NCBI GenBank assembly: GCA_964106645.2
Contig: OZ067043.1
Strand: one strand, 5' to 3'
DNA from: Podarcis pityusensis
Lineage: Eukaryota
Length of the DNA stretch: 64,000 nt
Shown: positions 12,706 to 64,000 of the stretch, piece by piece
Layout of the letters: every line of letters starts with the position of its first letter
How positions within the stretch are numbered: the stretch's first letter is position 1
The notes under the pieces: model-generated
What the model saw: the letters and a program-made list of their open reading frames with translations, nothing else
Told to the model about the DNA's origin: nothing
The model's database searches: none
Position numbers and translations under genes: made by a program

Positions 12706-13599
12706 CTAAAGCAAAGTAGGCCAGAATGCTTAGTGTCTGGGATTCCAAAGCTCAACCACCTATTTTAAAAAATAGAAACATACAGTAAGATCATAGCACA
12801 TTTGGTGACAAGTACAATGTTGCATTACTTATCTAGAAACTACAATATGACTAACATACAATTGTTTTCCTCATGAAGCAGTTTCTTTTTTAAAGTTAAA
12901 CTACATGAATTTGACTACACCATAAAATGACAGAAGAACAGGTTTTACATACCAACAAGACTACTCAAGTTACATGCTGGAATTTATATTTAAAAAATAA
13001 CAAAACAAAAACAATCCCCTTTGCTCCATGAGAAGCAACCTTTGACAAATAGCATCCCTTAAAAGAAAAACCAAAATGGATTTCAAGAATATAGTGTTCA
13101 TGTGCGGGATGTACAGAAGGAGTGCACAGTCCTGGCATACCTCAATACAAAATGAAGCTACCTACTCATTGTTACATGTATTTGTAAAATGAGTCCATAC
13201 ACAGTGATTAATGCTATTATTCTCCTTTGCACATTAGTTCTAGATGGGGTTTTCCCATATTTAAAAACTGCAACTGTTACCGTCTCTCAAAAGGAAATGG
13301 GGTTTATATAAAATGCAACCACTTTGCTTTGAATAAACTACAATGCTTTATCTTGAAGCAAATAAGGAAAACACTTTTAAAAAATCGGAAATTTAAAAGC
13401 ACATCGAGAGTATTAGTGAGGAACCCCACTTTTTTGGGGGGGGGGGGAGAGAACAAAATGATCCAAACTTTCAGATTGTGAGGTGGGTAAAGCAAGTGAA
13501 AATTGTGAATTTGGAGTTTCAGAGGGCCAGGGCTAGTTATGGCCAATGCATATTAGATATATGTATGTGAATTTATTTTCCATATATCTATATACATAC

Positions 13600-13602
<3 letters not shown>

Positions 13603-13640
<38 letters not shown>
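13603..13640. repeat. (AC)19 microsatellite
   Basis: Read directly from sequence. Confidence 0.95.
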
Positions 13641-13642
<2 letters not shown>

Positions 13643-16600
13643 GTTGCAGACCAGTACAATCCCATGGTGCTGTAAACTGGCAAAAATTAACAGGTTGAGT
13701 TAAATTTCTTTGTAGTCAGTCACTGCAAATACCGAACACTCTACACTCCAAGAAAGACAACACACAGCTGGCTGGCATACAAGGGTGCAACACCACTGAA
13801 CATACTAGGCCTATGATGGGGGAGGAGGAAGCATGTTGACCCTTGAAAATGTCTTTAAATAGCTTTTCTTTACACACTGCAAATGCCTGTCTGAAAATAA
13901 AAAAGTGTCCCGAGGGGCTGATTGGAGAAAAGTGCAAGGCTCTCAATGGTTATAGGTAAGATACTAAGCAGTGTGAAACAGAATAAACTTTTAACTATGA
14001 GCCATTGCTATATGCAATACTCAACCTCCATGAGCGATAAGACAGGAGTAAGGGATGTTGCTGAAGAATAGTGTATAGTATAAAGGTCTGCATTAAAATT
14101 ATGGAGCCAGCCAAAAATGCCAGTGCTTGAAACCTAGAAAAGTTAGACTGATTTGCTAAACTTCCACTATTTGTTATTCAATGTTCAGTCAAAACATACT
14201 CCAGCCAAGCAAAGCTCTTAGCTCAGGGCTGAGAGTAGATAGGATGTTGAGAGATCCTGTGTATTATTTATAGCCCAATCATACCAGAAGAATAGTGCTT
14301 GAGGGACAGTGGGTTTTTAACTCTTCTCCCTGCTGAAAATAAATCATCCCTCATATTTCATATCTGCCCCAAGGGGCTAGGGAGAAAACACAGGCAGCAT
14401 CCAGTTGTATGTGTTTCCCATAACACACCAAATAGCTTCAGAATGGTGATTTAGCTCATGAAGATGGCACAGGGGGAAAAGCTTCAACCACCACACCCAG
14501 AGCTATCTTGGCGTGTAGAAACATTGCAACTGTTTGTACAATTTGGCTTAAAAACAGCATTTCGCTTTTAGGCAACTGCCATCTTATGTTAAAGTCACCC
14601 TGTAATCCTTAGAGTCAGAGTGGGCTCCATTTACCCCTTCCATGCATGAGCTTTTGGTTGATGGCAAACAGCAGAAGCAAAATGCCTCTTCCCACATCTC
14701 TTTACTGGGGAGTGGGGTGGGGTGAGGTGTAAGAGCAGGTTGTGGGCTTCAGGGAAAAGAATGTGGGGTGCAGTGTCTCATGGACAGGAAGAAGAGGCCA
14801 GGGTTGGTCAATACATCTACAGCTAGCAAGGAGAAAGAACTACTAGGGCAGGTTAGGATGGAAAGCACTGCCTTGGTTAGTGCAAGTGTGTGGAGTCAAT
14901 GACAGGTATTGCCTCCATTGCCTGTGTGACTTTCCCTGTCAACTTGGATGAAGCAAGGGTGCTGTGGTGACAGGGTATAGCTCTCCTGACTTAAGGGGAG
15001 TCATGAGACTGTGGTGCAGTGCACATCCTCACATCCCTGAGTCTCCTAAGCAGGCAGGGAAGAGTCGAGTAGTGAGGTGTCACTGAGAAAGAGAAGTGCA
15101 GCAGTTGGAGACTGGTTATGGGTCAGCTGCCTGGGTATGGGTCCCAAGAAGTACCTGACCATGTCCACTGCTGATGCCAGCCCTTGGACACATCCTTATT
15201 CCATTTCTTTTAAGATTTGCTTCCTATCTCAAAATGCCTTAAAACACCTCAATTCTGGAAAATTATCATTTTCAGGAAATAAAGTAATTCTTATTAGGGG
15301 GGGGGGAGGGAGAAACAGAGTTCCTGTCTAAAAGTACAATTGCTGCATATCAGAAAATGGAGGTTTCAATAAGTTAAAACTCCAAGTCTGGCTGCTTTTA
15401 AGTGCAAGTATTTTAAAGGGTGAAACAAACTGGATGTAAATGTTTACTTCATGAGCATATTGAAACTTTTCAAGTCATGAAGTATATATTTATGAATTCA
15501 CATTAAAAAGATAAAAATGGGTAGAAGAAAAACCTTGAGCATACATTATGCCCAGATCTGCATTTATACTCTGTCATCTCACAAAAATTGTCTTACATTT
15601 GCATACACACAATACATGTTACCACTTCAGATTTTTATTCCCTGTTAGTGTGAATTAAACCAAAACCAAAAAACTACACATTCAAACAAATATTGTTCAA
15701 GTACCAAAGAGGGGGCTTTTGTAGACTTGGAAATATGATAGCCAAACAGGAAAATTGCTATGTGAAGAGAACCCATTAAGTCATTGTACATGTTGTCATG
15801 GCTTTCCAAGTGACAACATATTTACAGAACCAAACCACCTCAAGCCCTTAATATGTGTCCTACATGTGTCCAGGTTGGCTTCTACAGTCTATTGTGTGCC
15901 TGATCTTAAGAAAGACTGAAGAATTGCTGCTATCCCTATTCCTGAGCTTGTGCAGACCGGGGGTTTGGATGGGGAAAAAAAAAGAATATATGAGAACTGT
16001 GCTTATGTATGGGAAAACCAAACACCTACAGTTATGGTGGGGGGGAGTACTGGAATTAAAGAGATTATGCATACTAATTTATAAGTGAATTCAGTGGCTG
16101 GAGGTAGATATAAACTTAAATTTGGGTTGTATGATTGTTTTATGTTGCTTGTGTTGGCTGATCCCCTGCTCCTTTTCATTTTAGGCCATGATCCTAAGAA
16201 TTGCATCACCAGCTCTACATTTTAACTACAGGAGCTTTTCAAAGTTTGTATCCGGCTAACACCACCACATGCTGCATCAGGTATAATTTCTGAACTCTCC
16301 CAAGTTTTAAAAGTGACTTGTTGAGCAAAGAACTGTTGTTTAGTGAAAGGTAATCAAGCAGCTCCAATGTGCACATAAAATCAATCTAGCTCACAGACTA
16401 GAAAAGTAACCCAGTGAGGCTGGATTTGTTCCTACATTCATAAGTAGGATATTCAAGATACTGCTTTGTACAACATAGGTACAGAGGAAAAACTATGTTG
16501 TAACCTCCTTATGAATTCTTCCCAAAATTTCTCCTTAACAGTGCTGTATTTGTTCTTATGATATGTGACTGGCAAAGAAAATAGCCTCAGAAGTACTAGC

Positions 16601-17426
16601 AGTTCAATTACTTTTCAATCTTGGCTAATCTATTGTGCACTGCAGCTACTGCAACAGCTACAGAAAAATATGCAGTTTTCTACTTGTGAGAAAGGAAAAT
16701 ATTGAATCCTCCCCACTAAAGCACTTCAGATAAGCTGCATATTAAGAGCCTTTCTCCCCAACCAGTTTACTGCTTAACAAAAAACATTTACATAGTTGGG
16801 TCATTGAAATCAGTATAACATCTAGCAGATAAAAAAAAATGTTCTAAAAAAAAGTTCTACTAAAACAAGCCTAGCTCATTGGCTTAAAAAAACCCACACA
16901 TTGAGCTCTTCTCATCTTCCATTTTGCCATTCTCTAGTGCATTTGTAGAAAGACAGCAAGTTATGCTAGGGGGCTGATCTTAACAAAGGTGAACTATGAG
17001 AATTTGGAATGCTGCCACTTGAGGTCAGCTAACTGGTGTGAAAAATTAGGCATGAGAACATTAAATCAAGAAATGTTGATGGAAGCTGAATGGTGGTAGA
17101 AGAACATTTCTTCTACAAACTTTCATTTGTAAACCGCAAAATGATTTTTCACTTGCAAAGTCCATCCAAAAATGTTCAATGTGAGAGGCATTGCAAGCAT
17201 GTGAACACCAGCTGGCTGTTATTTATAAGCCAAAAGGAAGCCATGTGTATATGTTTACTTTCCTCAAAATTCTAATCTAAATGTTTCAGAATGTGCCAAT
17301 TTAAAGGGAAGTAAATCAAGGCACCTTGTGAGATGAAGTACACATAAAGTTAATTGTAAATTTTAAAAAAATGAACCTAAAGGAAGCATATTGACTGATA
17401 CTCTGAATACAGTAACAGAAGCCAAA

Positions 17427-17550
17427 GGATTGTATCCCCAGGGCCATGTTAGTCCTACTTATGAGTAGACCCACTGAAGTCAATGGACATGACAAACTTG
17501 GGTTCATTTAATTTCAGTGGGTCTTTCTGAGAGGGACTAGCACTGGACTC
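17427..17550. repeat. Short palindromic interspersed repeat (MITE-like); related copy at about 2565-2660
   Basis: agacccactgaa / ttcagtgggtct inverted arms; the copy at about 2570 shares aatttcagtgggt...ggactagca. Confidence 0.6.
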
Positions 17551-19860
17551 AGTGACTTCATAGGGGCAAACCCAAATGAAGTTAATGCAAAACAGTGGAG
17601 GCTGTGTGGTATGGCCTAAATTGCCAATTAGCTCATTGTTTGGTTATAACATTAAAATGTGAAGATTTATAATTGGTAGTTATGGGAAAACATTCCACTG
17701 ATTCTGAGTAAGTCAGAACAAGCCTCTGTGGTCTAGGCTAGATTTAATGAAAGAGTAGTATTAAGCAATGTGCAGGTACCAAATTAGAATGTGCAAGCTG
17801 GTTAGGCTTCCAGAGGAGGTATAAAATCTCAACCTGATGACTCTGAAAAGTGGCAGAATCCAGTGCCACGCTTAATAAAAGTAGCATATTGCTGCTGGCT
17901 AAAGAGGATGTGGGGGTGGACAGGCCTGGGAAGAGAGGGACTGAAGAGATGGTGGCACATTAAGTTATTAACTATCGTCTCACAAATTTAAAGACTACAG
18001 GATGGGGTTTTTTTTTACAACCATGGTTCCATTTTTAGAAGATCATGTTCCAGCTGGTTAGCCAGCACTTAGCTTAAGTGGCAGTAGATTAGTGCAAAAC
18101 AGAAGTGCTTTTGGGACATGTCAAGCAATCTAGTTTAGCCCCTCCAGTTGCTGATTAGTGCTCAAATTTTATCATTTTCCTGTTCAGCAATTTCATATTC
18201 TGCATAATACTTCTAAGCTCCCTTATAGTGCATTCTGCTTTGTGTAAACATTAGAATCTAACAGTCTGGGGGTTCAAGGTGGCACTGAAGGTAGGTTGGA
18301 GCCAGAAAAGATCCAAATGTCCCAACTCCCTGGCATGCACTTCAAATACTACACAGAAAAAGGAAAGGCTTCATGCTGAATCTACCGATTTGTCCTTGTT
18401 GTGTAAGCAAGTGTTCTAGCTCAAATATAATCTTTAGAAATTACAATAAATCAACAAGGGCATACATGTAGTGACAAAAAAAGGTAAATACAGCATTGTC
18501 AGAGCACAAATTCTCACAGTCTAGTGGATCCAGTTCTCACTATTTGCTATAATTTCATTATTTGATGTTACATATAATCCAGATGAATCTGATAGCAGAT
18601 GACCAAGCAAAGCTGTTTAGATACTGATAGATTCTACCACTTTATATCTTTACTAGTCCCATTGAATTCAGCTACCCAAATATTTGTCTTATGGTAAGCC
18701 AGCAATGAATTCTAAGGTTATACAACCGGTACAATGGATTTCGTGATTTAGGGTGCAATCCAAATGCATTATAAACACAGTTTTGTAGCCAGTTTCAACA
18801 GTATATAGACTGCACCCATAGGGGTTTTTTGTTTTTTTGTTTTTTGGTTTAGCAAGCCATTGAGAAGCAATCCATTGCACTTCTAAAGTTTTTTTTTTAA
18901 AACAACAACAACAACAAATGTTTTTAAAACAGAAAATTCATTGTTTAGCATCTTATAAACATGCCAGGTGCCAGCTTCATTCTGCTTAACATTCCAAAGC
19001 TTAGTATTAAAAACAAAATCTGACATCCTTGGAAGAAAGGAACCACATTTTGAAAATAATAAAGGGGGAAGTGGTGCAGTTACATCAGGTCAGGTTAGTT
19101 TTCAAAACAACAGAAGACTTTTTAGCTTTTATATTTCTCTCTTCAAGTTTTGGCAAGTGTGATTGCAAATGCAATCTACCCACCCCCCCAAATCCAGCAA
19201 TGAAAGTAGTTTTGGTGGGTTCAATTTGGTTTCTTTTATTTGAAGACCGGTAAGTACTATTGAAACCAAAGTTTTGCTATGTTGGTAAAATATAAAGCAA
19301 TATTTCCTTGAGGATATTCTTCTAAATAAGAACCTGAAACTCTCTCCATAATTCCTTTGGTCTCCTCTCACCAAATACCATGCTACATCAAGATGAGCCC
19401 TCATGTGTAAGTTTGTCTGACTTGCAGCCAAGCTGCTAAAATTAACAGGGAAGTTTCTGGAGTAGAGACTTTCCCTACATTTTCCTGGAGCTTAAGACTG
19501 AAAGACATTACTAATACCTCAGAAAAACAAAATCCAAGTAGAAGTTCCGCTGATGGTGCCTGGCAAAAGTTTTGCTTTTAGTTCTTTCTGTATGCATCTT
19601 TAAAGAGATAACTTGTTCCTTTTAGGGAAAATGAGAGAGTCTCCTTATATAAAAACACAGCTGATCTTCAGGTAGCACCAGGGCACCAACCCCAAAGCTA
19701 TTATTTTGTTGCTGCTAGGTCTCCAATTCACATTCATCAAATCATTTCTTGTGCAAAACAAGCAGTCTTAAGGAGAAAGAATGCCCTCTGGGTTTTAGTA
19801 AAAACTGTAGAAAAGAAATCCGAGAACCAACACTTCACCTATACTCCACCCTCCTAGAAT

Positions 19861-60637
<40,777 letters not shown>

Positions 60638-60649
60638 TTAACCGCCCAT
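60638..60649 (-). promoter_or_regulatory. Minimal upstream ORF ATG GGC GGT TAA (MGG*)
   Basis: Context gctATGG (G at -3 and +4); ends 93 nt upstream of the main ATG. Confidence 0.55.
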
Positions 60650-60974
60650 AGCAGGTACAAAAAAAGGGGGTAAGTGGGAGAGAAACTTTATTTAAGAATA
60701 ACTCGATGGCTTCCTCTTCAGGAAAACCACTCCCCTCTCAGGAAGCGAGAGGAACCAAAGAAATGTTCTTTTTTTTTTTTTAATTCTCTCCTTGCTTCGA
60801 GGATACTGAGGGTGGAAAGAAGCCACTTAGTCGAAATATGCAAAAAAAAGCGTGTGCGTGGAGGCAGAAGGAGAATTTTTTGCTTGTTTTGTGTTGGTTA
60901 AAAAGAAAAGTTTGAGGAAACTGAATGTCGCTCTCTCGCTAAAAAAAATTAACAATCCTTCTGCTCTTCCCCCA

Positions 60975-61730
60975 AAGCGAGTGTGCGCCAGTGAAGGGGA
61001 ACGTCTCCCTTCTCTCTGTCGCCTCAGGGCAAAGCCCAGCGCCGCCAGTCCAGCAGCACCGCTGCCCCCCTCGAAGCCCAGCGCTCACTGCTGCAGGCAG
61101 CAGCAGCAGCAGCAGCAGCAGCTCCCGACCCGCTTCCCGCCGCGCACAAGCCCAGCGTCGGCCCCCGCGCGCTTTCTGGTGCTCGGCTATTCCCAACCCC
61201 ACTCGGATTCATTTTAAAGAGGCTCTGAGGAGGCCCCAACCGCCGCCAACCGCCTCTATGCCGGGGATGAAGCTCCGCCTACCCGAGGGGGGGGGGAGAG
61301 AAGTGGGTGAGGGGCAGAGCGCGCGCGGGGGGGGGGGAAGAACCCCGCCCCCACTTCGGTTAACCCTTTCATGCTTGCGCTGAAAGGGTATTTCACCTAC
61401 GTAGTCTGGACGTGCGAAGAAACCGAAGCCGGGAACCGGGGAGACTCTGCTTCCAACTTTACCTCCACCTCTCTTCTGAGAGTCCACACACATACTGAAA
61501 GTAGCAGAGGGTGGGGTGGGCAGCGTAGCGATACGAGGGAGATAGCCTCCCGCTGGAGCAGCAAAAGGTTGATAGGTGCCCCCCCCCGGCCGCCCAATCG
61601 CTCGCCTGCACCCTGTGAATGTAGACCCCGGTGCACAGAGGTAAATCGCCAGCATCAGAGACCATTCAGAGATAGGATCGACTCCCCCCGCCCCGTCTAT
61701 ATCCCCCTTTCCCTCCCAAACGGCACACAG
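60975..61730. promoter_or_regulatory. CpG island / PIK3R3 promoter and start of 5' leader
   Basis: Abrupt rise in GC and CpG against a CpG-depleted background just upstream of exon 1; GC box ccccgccccc at 61343-61352; long G runs. Confidence 0.85.
61098..61121. repeat. (CAG)8 / (CTG)8 trinucleotide repeat
   Basis: Read directly from sequence. Confidence 0.95.
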
Positions 61731-62408
61731 GAGACGATGCACAAGAAAGTATGTGCTTACTTGCTGACTGACATGGGTTAACGCACAGGAGAGTAAGCGG
61801 TATGTTACCGTTGACCACATACTTCCTACATTTTTTGTTGGTATGGTCCATCTTTGGATTTGCTTGCACTCGGACTGTGAACGTTTGTGGATAATGCGGT
61901 TGTGTTGTGTGAAGGGACTATATATTTTAATGTGCAATGCGTGTGAAACTGACAACGTCTGACTTAATGTGTGCATGGTGTTTCACTGTGCTGATGTGCA
62001 GGCATATAATATGCTAAGTGTGTATGAACATAACTGAAGCCATAATCAGCAGCCCATCAACTACAGAGCAGTTCCAGTGTCTCCAATGGGATTACTCCAA
62101 ATTTCGTGGGATGTGGAGACTCCTGTCATGTGTACATGATCTGGTTTATGGAGAGCTGTGAATGGGCACATATACGATGCTTGAACTTGTGGGGATGTGA
62201 AATGGCCAGCTTGGATATAAGAGTCATAACTGTTTTAGTATCTAATACATTATAAAAACTTAATTTGAATGGAAGCAAGGAATCAGTGCATGCATTCTTG
62301 GTCCTGCACAGCAAATTTTTCTACATGTGCATGAATTGGGTTGGCTACTGGAAGCAAAGTGAACAAAAATGTAGGGTGCTGCATGTACTGGGGGAGGGAA
62401 CCCTGAAA

Positions 62409-62413
<5 letters not shown>

Positions 62414-62452
<39 letters not shown>
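62414..62452. repeat. (GA)n microsatellite
   Basis: Read directly; explains ERERER and SLSLSL in the track ORFs. Confidence 0.95.
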
Positions 62453-62455
<3 letters not shown>

Positions 62456-64000
62456 CTGTACCAAGCCCAGTTTATCTGTGCCTTCTATATAGCAGTGGCT
62501 AAGCACATCTAATTCTGGTTGGTTGTGTACATTTGTTACATGCATAAGAAGCAATATGCTCCAGTCACTCTATTAAACTCAGTGAAATTTCTATAGGTGA
62601 ATATTACAACATCTGTGACAGAGTGTATGGGAAGTGTTTAATCATATTGGCATGGTGCATATAATGTGGTGTGGCTAATTATGTGCAACTGACTGAAAGT
62701 TTGTGACCATGCAATCCAATTGTGGCCATGTTTACTTAGGAGTCACAGGGGCTTACTTCTCCAAGTATGAAGTCATAGGACTGCAGCCAGATTTGTGTAT
62801 GTGGCAGATTGTGGGTGATGCAGTGTTTGTGCCTCGGTGTGATGTAATATTTGGAAGAGTGCTTAATCAATGCTATTTTATATGCATTTCATGATGGAGG
62901 AACTGTTATTGTAAAATTCATGTTGTGTAGTTTGTTGGCAGGACATGTGAGACAATGACTCCTGTAGAATTAGCTGCTCATCTAATACTTTTAACATGTA
63001 TGTTTTAACCTGTCTAGTTAGGATCAGTCTTACGTGTGAAGTCTGAAACAACCTGGGTCTGTTGCCCATCCTTGCCAAATACTGATTGTAAAATGCTAGG
63101 CTGCAGTACTATTTCTGCTCCCACCTCCCTAACTACAGTATTCAAAATCTAACATGTTCATGTGTGATAGTTATTCACAGAAACTGGTGTTCACACAGTC
63201 CTTAACATTTTGAAGGAGTTATCCCATAATATTCAGGATAGTCTAGATAATCTGGTTCCAAATGTTTGCAATATACTATGCACATGTGGAATCAATGAAT
63301 ACTCTCAGAGAAAACTTGGTTTTAAGCAGCATCTACCTATGTGAATGGTAATTCACAATTATATTTGTGATTAAATATCCTAGCCATACAACATTGTTTG
63401 TTGTCCTTAGGGATATCATATTGGAAAAAACTGTACACTACCATATCTGATGACTGCACACATTCCTTATTGCTGCATGCTCATGCTGTGTACATATATT
63501 GGGGAAGCTATAGCCAATCATTCCCAGATTTCACATCTGTGGAGAAGCCACTGCCTCCATCTAGCAACCATTGTTTTTAATTACAAACTGAGGTTTAATG
63601 TATAGACAAGACCATTACATTCACTTTCCTAGTTAAAACATGCTTTGTGCTTGGAGCTACCCATGTGATCTTGATGAGTCAGCTTAAGTTTTGCACATGT
63701 GAAAATGGTGAAGTAATTTTAGGATATTCTTCAATGTCTCTGTCTTCAAAGACAGAACTACCGTAACTGGTTTAGAGTTTTGGGAACAGGAGTTTGCGTA
63801 TTTTGTTCAAAGGCTGAGCTTCTTTACCCTGCCACAAATGAAGGCAAGTTATTGAAGCAGGTGACAAAGTGACAAGACAAATAAATGGTCTAGGTATGTT
63901 TCTGAACTTTGCGGCACGAGAGGTCCTGAGTGCTTTGATTAGGGATAGCTGCAGAAACAGTGTTATTTGTTGCCAGTGTAAAATATAGGCATACAATTCT

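Larger units (their letters stand above)
12660..19860 (-). other. PIK3R3: Putative long 3' UTR of PIK3R3
   Basis: U-rich on the minus strand, poor in recognisable TEs compared with the introns, ends at three tandem AATAAA. The true end is unverified; a proximal AATAAA lies at 15634-15639. Confidence 0.5.

Noticed and set aside
61209-61976. 255-aa minus-strand ORF and overlapping 120-136 aa ORFs at the promoter
   Set aside because: Expected from stop-codon scarcity in a GC-rich island; non-ATG start and no recognisable domain

Overview
Vertebrate genomic DNA from a squamate reptile, probably a lacertid lizard (inferred from a Podarcis-type Sauria SINE and the L2/CR1/hAT/Tc1-mariner repeat mix). 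The window holds one complete protein-coding gene on the minus strand, PIK3R3 (PI3K regulatory subunit p55-gamma). It has 10 coding exons (60544 down to 19861) and GT-AG introns throughout. The CDS is 1386 nt (461 aa) with the N-terminal p55 peptide, nSH2 (FLVRD), iSH2 coiled coil and cSH2 (FLIRES). Intron 1 is about 25 kb, a CpG-island promoter lies at about 61.0-61.7 kb, and a probable 3' UTR of up to about 7 kb ends at three tandem AATAAA near 12.7 kb. The left 12 kb has no recognisable coding exons and contains a 137-nt assembly gap. Almost all ORF-track entries are spurious or LINE-derived. I found no evidence for a new multi-gene system. The most notable observations are: an exact 33-bp copy of exon-10 coding sequence in intron 9; three loci of Penelope-type minimal hammerhead-ribozyme relics, each apparently inactivated by CpG decay; a strong-context 3-codon uORF in an otherwise ATG-free leader; and clustered miRNA seed sites in the 3' UTR. 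Repeat family names and human comparisons come from recall, not a database search.
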